From the IMG/VR virus record IMGVR_UViG_3300005573_000075, positions 1 through 64,000 of that record: DNA of 64,000 bases. One strand, written 5' to 3'. This DNA comes from a virus (Duplodnaviria; Caudoviricetes). The position numbers and the translations under genes are program-made. The notes under the pieces are model-generated. The model ran no database searches and was not told where the DNA came from. It saw only the letters and a program-made list of their open reading frames with translations. Below, one piece after another: positions 7,845 through 16,570 of the stretch (position 1 is its first letter; each line of letters opens with the position of its first letter).

Positions 7845-7941
7845 AAAAGAAAAGGAAAAGGAAAAGAGGAAGGAAAAGAAAAAGGGAAAGAGAAAGGGAA
7901 AGAGAAAGGGAAAGAGAAAGAAAAAGAGAGAGAAAGGAAAA
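7845..7941 (+). repeat. uninterrupted purine tract with 3 x GGGAAAGAGAAA
   Basis: About 95 nt of only A/G after GGGGGGTATGGGGGGG. Confidence 0.9.
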
Positions 7942-8000
7942 CCAAGTCATTTTTCCCTTAAAAGTGTGGAAATTTTTCCACACTTTTTTGCTGGCATATA

Positions 8001-8046
<46 letters not shown>

Positions 8047-8253
8047 AATATTTTTAATTTAATAGCATTTTGCCATCCCCCTTAAAATTGTGATTTTAAG
8101 GGGGCTGAGATAGCTTTAAGGGTTGGATACCTTTTTGGAAAAAAGATTTAAATTATCCCCAAAAGGTTTTTAATATCGCAACATTTCAAAAAGAGAGGCA
8201 AGTTTCTTTAAACTTTAGAAATCTTGTAGTTTTTGGGATTGTTAAAAAAATAA

Positions 8254-8278
8254 GTGACAATAAAGGGGATAAATAATA
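8254..8278 (+). promoter_or_regulatory. conserved phage promoter motif
   Basis: GTGACAATAAAGGGGATAAATAATA, about 30 nt before the first rightward gene. Confidence 0.8.
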
Positions 8279-8309
8279 GCAGACATTCTGCTGAAGAGAG
8301 GAGACAAAC

Positions 8310-10088
8310 ATGTTGCACGAATTCTTTTTCAAATATTTACTTCAACATTCAGGTTTGAAGAATTTAGTATATGCCTATCTAAGAATTAAACACCCAGATA
8401 TTTTTTCAAAATATTTTTCAGATATACCTATAGACGAGCCTACGGCAAGAAAATTATACGATACTATTCCTGAGAGATTAGGCGAAGTATTTAAATCAAT
8501 TATTTTTTCTATAACCGGTGGAGAAAGTGAAGAGAGTGAAGAAGGTAAAAAAAGCAGAAGTGATTTTTTTGAAAAATACAAAACATATATAGAAGGGCAG
8601 AGTAACGAATTAACCGATGCACAAATTAAAGAATTGGAGGGCGCCAAAGGAGCTATAATGGAATTAACTCCCAAAAGTTTTAATTATGTAATTAATATGA
8701 TTAGGCAAGATAAGTCTTACGCGTATGGGATAATAGCGTATTTAGCGTATATGCTTTTAGATGACTTAGGAATTACCAGGGAAGAAGAAACCTTAGATAT
8801 CTCCCAAAGTTTAGGGGATTTTTTATTGGAATTTATAAAAACTCATAATGATTATCGTGCTAAAAAAATAGATGACGCAATAGAAAAAATATTACAATCA
8901 TCTGACCCGGAAGAGCTGAAATTAAACAGAATAAAAGATATATTAGATATTGTTAAAGCACCCCAGTTTTTTTCTATTTCACACATTATAGAAAATAAAC
9001 GAATAGATGAATATTTTGAAAGTGTTCCTAAATTTTTTGAATATATAAGTAAAAATATGCAGCGAATAGTAAGTGAATATTTTGATAGTAAATTAAATGA
9101 TATTTTCAATGAAATGAAAAAAGAAATTGCAAAAAGAGATATACCTGAAAATGAATTAATGAAAGACTTAATAATGCAAACAGGGTGGAAAACATATTTT
9201 TCTATGCACGCGCAAACTTCCCAAATAAGTTATTTTTTAAATAACATTTACAGTTATGTATTTAAAGATATTTTTGGATTCAATATGGATGATATAGCTC
9301 AATCATTATCCAAAATAGCTTCAAATAATTTTGTTGATACAGATAAAATTGCAAAAGAAATTATTAATGATGTGTCTATGAGGGCAGATACTATTTTGCA
9401 AAATCATCTTTTACAATTGTTCGGTTTAAGTGAGCAACAAAAAGATCAATTGTATTCAATACTGGAAGAGGGAATAAAAGAAGTTTTAAAATATCTTTCA
9501 GAATCGGAAGAAATAGATAAAAACGATATTTTTTCGGACCTTATATCTCAGTTTAAAATTGGCGAATTGGATTCTGAAACTTCAAAATTTTTTCATACTA
9601 TTGCGAATAAAATATGGGATAGTATTCCTAAATTGAGAAAAGGTATTGTAGATTATCTGCAAGAACAGTTGCAGAAAAATAAATATTTGAAAACATTTTT
9701 AGAAGAAGAATATCTATTAGATTCTGAAGGGATAACAGAATTTATTGAATTTATAATAAAAGACTTGCTTTATAGTGATATAAAAGAAGGGCTTAGCAAT
9801 ATCTTAAAAAAGAGTATAAAAGAGCATATGAGTTTCTTAACGGAAGAGAATATAGAAAAATTGGCCAATATGTTAGAAAATATTATTAGCGGTATAGCGG
9901 AAGATTATGAAAAAATAGAACCTTCAGAGGCGGAGGCACAGTATTTTGAAAATATAAAACCAGGCGTATATGACGAGGAAGCGGAATATCGTCATTTGTG
10001 GAAACCTACTGAAGAATGGCGTTTTCTTTCTCCTGAAAAAGAAGAAGAGAAGTTAAAGGAGGATGAATATGGCCACATTTTCTTTTAA
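8310..10088 (+). CDS. hypothetical acidic alpha-helical protein (592 aa), possible internal virion protein
   Basis: Long ORF, RBS GAGGAG, no recognisable motif. Confidence 0.7.
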   Translation: MLHEFFFKYLLQHSGLKNLVYAYLRIKHPDIFSKYFSDIPIDEPTARKLYDTIPERLGEVFKSIIFSITGGESEESEEGKKSRSDFFEKYKTYIEGQSNELTDAQIKELEGAKGAIMELTPKSFNYVINMIRQDKSYAYGIIAYLAYMLLDDLGITREEETLDISQSLGDFLLEFIKTHNDYRAKKIDDAIEKILQSSDPEELKLNRIKDILDIVKAPQFFSISHIIENKRIDEYFESVPKFFEYISKNMQRIVSEYFDSKLNDIFNEMKKEIAKRDIPENELMKDLIMQTGWKTYFSMHAQTSQISYFLNNIYSYVFKDIFGFNMDDIAQSLSKIASNNFVDTDKIAKEIINDVSMRADTILQNHLLQLFGLSEQQKDQLYSILEEGIKEVLKYLSESEEIDKNDIFSDLISQFKIGELDSETSKFFHTIANKIWDSIPKLRKGIVDYLQEQLQKNKYLKTFLEEEYLLDSEGITEFIEFIIKDLLYSDIKEGLSNILKKSIKEHMSFLTEENIEKLANMLENIISGIAEDYEKIEPSEAEAQYFENIKPGVYDEEAEYRHLWKPTEEWRFLSPEKEEEKLKEDEYGHIFF

Positions 10089-10728
10089 AAAATATTTGGA
10101 AAAATATAATGCGCTGAATGATGTTATTGATTTTGCAAATAATCATAATTGGGATATAACTGTTGTGGCTACTTACATAAAATCTAAATATCCCAATATT
10201 CCATTAGAAAAATTTAAAATGGATAAAGCTTTGTTATATTTAAAAAAAGATAGTGTTAAACCAGTAAATACTGTGCAGAATATTGAATCCACACTAGAAA
10301 ATATTAAAAAAGATTTATCAATTAAAGAAAATGGGAATGTATCTTTTTTTGCTTTATTATCTGAAAATATTGATAATATTTTAAATTTGAAATTATCTCC
10401 TCAAGGGGCTATTTTACAAAACTCTTTAAAAGGATGCCTATTAAGAATTAAAGAATTGGAAAATAATGGGGATGGCAAGAAGGATAATAATATAGTTAAA
10501 TATGTAGCGGAAATTAGAGCTATTGTTGAACAAATTGATAAAGAATACAAAGAGCAAATAACAAATTACAAATATATTAGAGGATTAGTCAGAGCGGAAG
10601 TTTTAACAATATTGGATACGGTAAAAGAAGTAGTAAAAGAGATAATGCCGCAGGAAGTAGAAAAGTTTTCTTCTTTGCTGGCCGCTAGATTGACCGGAGT
10701 TAAAAATAATGATAACAGCGACGTCTAA
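10063..10728 (+). CDS. hypothetical protein, terminase small subunit candidate
   Basis: Helical/coiled-coil, two genes upstream of the large terminase; positional only. Confidence 0.45.
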   Translation: MNMATFSFKKYLEKYNALNDVIDFANNHNWDITVVATYIKSKYPNIPLEKFKMDKALLYLKKDSVKPVNTVQNIESTLENIKKDLSIKENGNVSFFALLSENIDNILNLKLSPQGAILQNSLKGCLLRIKELENNGDGKKDNNIVKYVAEIRAIVEQIDKEYKEQITNYKYIRGLVRAEVLTILDTVKEVVKEIMPQEVEKFSSLLAARLTGVKNNDNSDV

Positions 10729-11197
10729 AAAAGATTTTGAAAAATACATAACTGATCCGTTACCTGATGATTTATTTGTTTTTGGGTTTGATATTGATGA
10801 AAAAAATTGGGTAAGATATCGAGTGTCAGGAGTGCAATTCATTTCTAGCGCTAATTGTTACATTTTAAGCACTACATATTATAGATTGATTGCACCAAAA
10901 GATGCATATGTTCTAACGACAACATTGCCTATTATGTATTTATCTCAATTTGATAGGTACATGGCAAGGAAAGTAAAAATAAGAAATACTTATTTAGGAA
11001 TGCCTTTAATAGCTTATTTCCCCTCTGTGGATAAAGAAGGGGGTAAATTAATAAACGCGGTGACGTTTTTTATAGATTTTACTAAAGTTTTAGTGATGTC
11101 TTCTAATCCCTCTGATTTTGGAGTTATCTTGACATTAGATACTCCAAAACCAGATGCAAATTATGCATTAGACGGGGTTTTATTTTCAGCACAATAA
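10709..11197 (+). CDS. hypothetical protein (162 aa)
   Basis: Overlap-coupled on both sides. Confidence 0.65.
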   Translation: MITATSKKDFEKYITDPLPDDLFVFGFDIDEKNWVRYRVSGVQFISSANCYILSTTYYRLIAPKDAYVLTTTLPIMYLSQFDRYMARKVKIRNTYLGMPLIAYFPSVDKEGGKLINAVTFFIDFTKVLVMSSNPSDFGVILTLDTPKPDANYALDGVLFSAQ

Positions 11198-12936
11198 TGG
11201 ACAATAAATTAATTTTTCCAGAACAAATAAACATTGAAAATTTAGTTAAAAAATTTTTCCAAGAATCAGTTCAAGAAGGGCTAAATACTATTTTTTCAAA
11301 AGAATATAGTTTGGAATATTTTGAAACTAAAGATTTGCTTACATTTGAACAATTTTGTGTCTCTAAGGATCACATGGATATTGTATTGAGTGACAGACAA
11401 TTAAAAGCGGCTAAGGTGATGCTAGGAGATGATATATATAAAATTTTTGATAACAAGAAAGAACTCGCTATATTGGTTTGGGGTAAAGGCAGTGGTAAAG
11501 ATTTAATTTCTATTTTGATATTATGCTATGTAGTATATTTGCTTTTGAATATGAAATCTCCTCAAAAATATTTTAAAATGCCTGAGTCTGAGTGGTTGGA
11601 TTGTGTAAATACCGCTCCTTCCGCTCAAAATGCGGCTACAGTCTTTTTTGAGAAATTGAGACAAAAAATATTGAGATGGAAATGGTTATTTTCTAAATAT
11701 GCGGTAAAACATTCTGGTGCGTTTATATCTCAAATAAAGCCAGATCCAGGTCAACAACATGTTGTGATAACTAAAGATGGTATTATTTTCCCCAAGCTTA
11801 TACGATTATTATCCAGAAATAGTTCTAATGAGAGCGCAGAAGGATTGAATACCCTTGTATATATATTAGACGAAGCTAGCGCTTTTGTGGACAATAGTAA
11901 TAACAGAAATGCAGATAAGGTTTTTAAAAGCCTAAGAAGTTCTTCGGTATCCCGATTTGGCAATCGAGGTAAAGGATTTATTATTTCATATCCAAGAGAA
12001 TCAAATGATTTCACTTTAAGAATGTATAAAAAATATAAAGATAAACCGTATGTATATTCCGATCAAGCTGCGGTATGGGATGTAAAACCAGTGCATTTAT
12101 TTAGTAAGGAATTTTTTACTTTTGAAGGGTATAAAATCCCTATAGAATTTAAACATGATTTTGAGGCGGACCCTACAGACGCAAAAAAGGTATATATGGC
12201 AATTCCACCTGAAGTTGAATGTGGATTTTTTGAATTCCCGGAGAAAGTGGATAAATGCACTTCAAAAGCTACTCCGCCCATGGTGGTATTTGAAGATTTT
12301 ATATATAAAGAAAAAGTATGCAAAAGGATAGTTAATTTTGCAAATATTATCCCTTCTTATTCATATATAATAACTTTAGACTTAGGGGAAACTTCCGATA
12401 CTGCCGCATTGTCCCTCTTTCATTCGGAATATGATTCCGAACGAAAGGTCCAAATTTTTAAGCAAGATTTAGTTACAGGGTGGTCGCCGGACAGAAAGAA
12501 TAAATATACAGTCTCATTTGTTAATGTATTTGAAATTATAAAAATGTTATCGTTGAGAATACCTATTACAGGGTGCTGGTTTGATTATTGGCAGTCAGTT
12601 ACACTAGTTGAACAATTGAAAACAGCTGGTATTTTTGCGGATACATATGTCTTAAAATATTTGGATTATAGAAATTTGAAGGAGTATATATATACCGATA
12701 GAGTTGTATTGCAACCTTTTGATAAACAAATAGAAGAGTTAAAAAAATTAATTGATTTTGGTACCAGGATAGATCACCCATCAACAGGTTCAAAAGACTA
12801 TGCTGATACTATTTGTGGGGCGATAAAGATATTTATAGAAAAATATCCGTCAATTGTAAATCAGGAATCTGAATCATTAGAAGGTTCGGAGTTTGGAGAA
12901 CCTGATAATTTAGGACGGGAGGATCCATTTCTATGA
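11197..12936 (+). CDS. terL: terminase large subunit
   Basis: Walker A LVWGKGSGKD, Walker B VYILDEA, nuclease ITLDLGETSD and DHPSTGSKDYAD. Confidence 0.93.
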   Translation: MDNKLIFPEQINIENLVKKFFQESVQEGLNTIFSKEYSLEYFETKDLLTFEQFCVSKDHMDIVLSDRQLKAAKVMLGDDIYKIFDNKKELAILVWGKGSGKDLISILILCYVVYLLLNMKSPQKYFKMPESEWLDCVNTAPSAQNAATVFFEKLRQKILRWKWLFSKYAVKHSGAFISQIKPDPGQQHVVITKDGIIFPKLIRLLSRNSSNESAEGLNTLVYILDEASAFVDNSNNRNADKVFKSLRSSSVSRFGNRGKGFIISYPRESNDFTLRMYKKYKDKPYVYSDQAAVWDVKPVHLFSKEFFTFEGYKIPIEFKHDFEADPTDAKKVYMAIPPEVECGFFEFPEKVDKCTSKATPPMVVFEDFIYKEKVCKRIVNFANIIPSYSYIITLDLGETSDTAALSLFHSEYDSERKVQIFKQDLVTGWSPDRKNKYTVSFVNVFEIIKMLSLRIPITGCWFDYWQSVTLVEQLKTAGIFADTYVLKYLDYRNLKEYIYTDRVVLQPFDKQIEELKKLIDFGTRIDHPSTGSKDYADTICGAIKIFIEKYPSIVNQESESLEGSEFGEPDNLGREDPFL

Positions 12937-13160
12937 GGGAAGAAAAACCTAAAAAAGAATATGACACAACATGGTGGATTAAAATAAAAAGACCTGAGGA
13001 AAGTCCAAAAGGTAGGCAGGAAGATTTAGTCGCAGAACGAGATTTCATTGTAAATGATAAACCACAAACACCCGGCAGTTCAACGCAAGATCCTTCTATT
13101 GCGCTGGGAAAGGAAGGTGAGGATTGGCCTTCCTTTTGGGGGGAGGAGAGTAATAAATAA
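12933..13160 (+). CDS. hypothetical protein (75 aa)
   Basis: ATGA overlap with terL. Confidence 0.55.
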   Translation: MREEKPKKEYDTTWWIKIKRPEESPKGRQEDLVAERDFIVNDKPQTPGSSTQDPSIALGKEGEDWPSFWGEESNK

Positions 13161-13161
13161 A

Positions 13162-13187
13162 ATGACAATAAAGGGGATAAGATAATA
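13162..13187 (+). promoter_or_regulatory. conserved phage promoter motif
   Basis: ATGACAATAAAGGGGATAAGATAATA followed by GGAGGGAG and ATG. Confidence 0.8.
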
Positions 13188-13196
13188 GGAGGGAGA

Positions 13197-15380
13197 ATGG
13201 CTTTACCTCAAAGATTAACAAATATTATTGTTGACCACATTAGGGACACCTTAATTCCTGATTTGGACAAAGTTGAGAATGTAGATATAAAAAATCAATT
13301 AATTGATGGGGTTTCTAAATTAAATATAAAAGGGACAGCCAGAGAAATAAGAGATATTGCAATATCTGTAATAGATAAAAATTTACAAATTTTAAAATCT
13401 GAGATAACTAAAGGAATACCAGATTTTCTTTTAAAATTGGAAGAGTTATTAGGAATACCAACCCCATCTTCAGATATAGTAATACCTGAAGATATTAAAG
13501 ATATAGTTAGCAAAGAAGAATACAAAAACATTTTTAAATGGGATTTATTTTTTGATGGGATTAAATCAATATATAAAGCAGCTGCGGAAGCTAAAGAAAA
13601 ATACAATAATGCAACTGTAAATGATGTTCCTGCGATATTAAATAAATTAAATCAAGAGATAGAAGGGGTTTTTAATAACTTTTTAACTGTAGCGGAAGAC
13701 CGAATTAGATTTACATTTACAATTATGTATTTACGCAATATATTAGGCTATTATATATTAAATGTTTATGATGACGAAAAACTAAAAGAAGAATTAGAAG
13801 GATTTATAAGAGAAACTGTTGCGACAGGTACAAACGCCAAAGTTGGAGTTTATTATAACCGAGATTCCAGTGATACTGTTTCATTAATTAATAGAACCTA
13901 TACAAGTATTCTTACAAGGGAGTTTATAAATAATCCAAAAGAGGCTAAATCAAAAGCGGCTAGATTAAAAACGGAAGATATTATTCGAACTTTTTTGGAA
14001 GAATATTTTAATTTAACTGGGAAAGGGTTTGAACTAGAGATAGAAAATGCGATTAATATTTTGAGGCGAAAAATAGATCATAAAATAGCTTATAATTATC
14101 TTAAATATACCCAGGCAATGGTTACATATAGTGTGGCGGAATTTTTAATTAGATTTGTAAGTGACTACTCTTTTGAAAGAAATGCAACAGGGTTTAATGA
14201 ATTTTTGGAAAAACTTAATGAATTGATTTTAGATGGTGCTAGCTCAAATATCCAAGTCAATAATATACTAAAATTAAATAAGAATCAATTTACTGATTAT
14301 GATTATTGGATTCTTTTTTATTATATAAAAGAATATTTTAGTCCCAATGAATTATCGTATTTATTAGGCCGATTATTAAAAGGGAATCAAGCCGCTATTT
14401 TAAATGATGAGCTTAAAAAGATACCAAAAGATATTTATGATTATTATTTTACTCAATGGGATTTTTTTAAAGTATTAAAATTAGACAGAATAAATGTGTT
14501 AGAATACCAATATCAAAAATTAGCTTCAACAGAGAGAGGAAAACTTTTAGAGGATTTTATAAGCCATATTCAGGCATTGTTGAAAGAGAAAGATGCGCCG
14601 TTTTTTGAAATTTTCAAGAACTCTAAAGAATTTAATTTATTGGTAAAATTGACATTACACACTATTATAACAATGCAATATGACACAGATAAAAAATTTC
14701 AAGAAGTTTATGATAAATTAAGTGGAATACAATCCACTGAATTTTTTCTTAAATTTATTGGAGCCGATAAAATTGAACAATATGTGAGAATTCTTTTTGA
14801 CAATGCCAACTTTTTAGATAAAGCGCATAAACTTTTAGAAGCTCAAAAAATAACTAGATCATTAGAATTTGATACGCTTATACCTCCGAATGAGATAGGG
14901 CCAGATCAATCATTTGGGAATATTTTAACTGCTATTAATCAATTAGCTATAGTTAGAAAAAAGCATAAAATATTAGATCCTGATGAATTAAATTATATTA
15001 AATCTATATTTGATAAAGTTAAGGATACAATACATAAATTAAAAGAAGCGTATGAAAACGGATTTAAAAGTTATTATGATTATTTGAAAAGTGTTACGCT
15101 TGGCCAAACACCGACAGGCAAGATCCAAGATATTCCGGCAGAGCTTTTTTTTATATTTGAAAGTTATATTAATTTAGTGGATAAAAAAATATACATAGAT
15201 CCCGATGTAGCAAAAATAAGGGATGTCTTGTATAATTTTACTCCAACAGTAAAGACTAGCAGTATAAAGATAGAACGAAATTCTATTTTTGATAAATTAG
15301 GTGGAATTTGGGAGATAGATAAAAATTCTACTTTTTATAAAATTAAAAGAAAACTCATGGAGGCAATATGCAAGAAATAA
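13197..15380 (+). CDS. hypothetical alpha-helical protein (727 aa)
   Basis: Long ORF with its own promoter motif and RBS. Confidence 0.7.
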   Translation: MALPQRLTNIIVDHIRDTLIPDLDKVENVDIKNQLIDGVSKLNIKGTAREIRDIAISVIDKNLQILKSEITKGIPDFLLKLEELLGIPTPSSDIVIPEDIKDIVSKEEYKNIFKWDLFFDGIKSIYKAAAEAKEKYNNATVNDVPAILNKLNQEIEGVFNNFLTVAEDRIRFTFTIMYLRNILGYYILNVYDDEKLKEELEGFIRETVATGTNAKVGVYYNRDSSDTVSLINRTYTSILTREFINNPKEAKSKAARLKTEDIIRTFLEEYFNLTGKGFELEIENAINILRRKIDHKIAYNYLKYTQAMVTYSVAEFLIRFVSDYSFERNATGFNEFLEKLNELILDGASSNIQVNNILKLNKNQFTDYDYWILFYYIKEYFSPNELSYLLGRLLKGNQAAILNDELKKIPKDIYDYYFTQWDFFKVLKLDRINVLEYQYQKLASTERGKLLEDFISHIQALLKEKDAPFFEIFKNSKEFNLLVKLTLHTIITMQYDTDKKFQEVYDKLSGIQSTEFFLKFIGADKIEQYVRILFDNANFLDKAHKLLEAQKITRSLEFDTLIPPNEIGPDQSFGNILTAINQLAIVRKKHKILDPDELNYIKSIFDKVKDTIHKLKEAYENGFKSYYDYLKSVTLGQTPTGKIQDIPAELFFIFESYINLVDKKIYIDPDVAKIRDVLYNFTPTVKTSSIKIERNSIFDKLGGIWEIDKNSTFYKIKRKLMEAICKK

Positions 15381-16561
15381 AAAAAGAAGGAACATATGGA
15401 GAAGGAACATTAGCTAAGATTTTTGAGGGTACACCATACGCGGGAACAGGTACCAAAGAAGAAAAAGTTGAATTAGAAAAGGTGATGAGAGAGATGTTGC
15501 AACTCAAAATATATCCGTATTCATATATAGAAAAATTTTTGTTAGATAAAGGATATAGACTTGACTCAATCAGAAAAATTTTCTATGATATAACAGGAGT
15601 TAAAATAGAGTCGTTATTGGAACAAGGATTAAATAATAAAATTTTTAATACTCCTACTAGTATTCCTCAATTTAATTTAGGATGGGGAACTTCTAAGAAT
15701 AAAAAATTTGATTACTATTTTATTATGCCTTATCTATATGGATATGCTATATTTGGACAGAAAGGGGAACATATTAGAGAAATGGTAAAAGTATATGATT
15801 CCAAAGATTTGGAAACTGCAAGGATGGATCTCAGTAAAATGGTAGGGGGTTCACCAGAAGATAAAATATATAAAATAAAACAGGATAAGATTGAACCTAT
15901 GTGGTATAATGGCATTATGGACCCTAAATATTCTCAAGTTAAAGAAATTAAATCTTATCTCAATTTTTGTGGTAATGCTATAGATAAGAAGAAATACATT
16001 CAAGAACTATATTATAGCGGGGGCATATCAAAAGAAGATTATATTCAACTTTCTGAATTTATAAAAAAAGCCGGGGAAGCGATAGAAGAAAAAGCTAAAT
16101 CTCCCAATTTAGAAGAATATAATGTTAATAAAGAATTGTCAGAAGTGTCACCTTCTGATTTTTTTGAAAATGCAGAAGATAACAAATCTATTAAATTTGC
16201 GGAAGCGATAAATGGTATTCAAGAATATATATTTAAAAAACAGCAAGAGCTTAAAGATAAATATACTATAACTATCAATAGTTTAAAATATAAAGCTTCA
16301 AAATCAATTGATTATTTAGAGAGGGCTGTTGAAAAGGAAGAAAAAAAATCTTTTGAGATTCTAAGAAGTAATGGTGTTGTAGCGGTTATATTGGAATTTA
16401 GCGAATTAAAAAGTACAAATATTAAATATGGCTTAATGGTATTTAGCATAGTAGATAATGAATTGCAAACTTCTGGAGATTTTAAAGGGGAAGATAATAA
16501 AATCTATTCTTTATCTGAAGAAGGATTAGCGATGTATTTTTCTACAAAAGAAGAAAAATAA
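15368..16561 (+). CDS. hypothetical head-module protein (397 aa)
   Basis: RBS GGAGG; immediately upstream of the portal. Confidence 0.7.
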   Translation: MQEIKKEGTYGEGTLAKIFEGTPYAGTGTKEEKVELEKVMREMLQLKIYPYSYIEKFLLDKGYRLDSIRKIFYDITGVKIESLLEQGLNNKIFNTPTSIPQFNLGWGTSKNKKFDYYFIMPYLYGYAIFGQKGEHIREMVKVYDSKDLETARMDLSKMVGGSPEDKIYKIKQDKIEPMWYNGIMDPKYSQVKEIKSYLNFCGNAIDKKKYIQELYYSGGISKEDYIQLSEFIKKAGEAIEEKAKSPNLEEYNVNKELSEVSPSDFFENAEDNKSIKFAEAINGIQEYIFKKQQELKDKYTITINSLKYKASKSIDYLERAVEKEEKKSFEILRSNGVVAVILEFSELKSTNIKYGLMVFSIVDNELQTSGDFKGEDNKIYSLSEEGLAMYFSTKEEK

Positions 16562-16570
16562 AGAGGGTCC

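Noticed and set aside
7682-7945. 87-aa minus-strand membrane protein from the ORF track
   Set aside because: Low-complexity translation of the purine tract and tandem repeats, with no RBS.
8254-8278. Archaeal BRE/TATA reading of the conserved promoter motif
   Set aside because: In three copies the ATG is 4 nt after TATAAT, incompatible with the roughly 25-nt TATA-to-start distance, and bacterial promoters and RBSs dominate.
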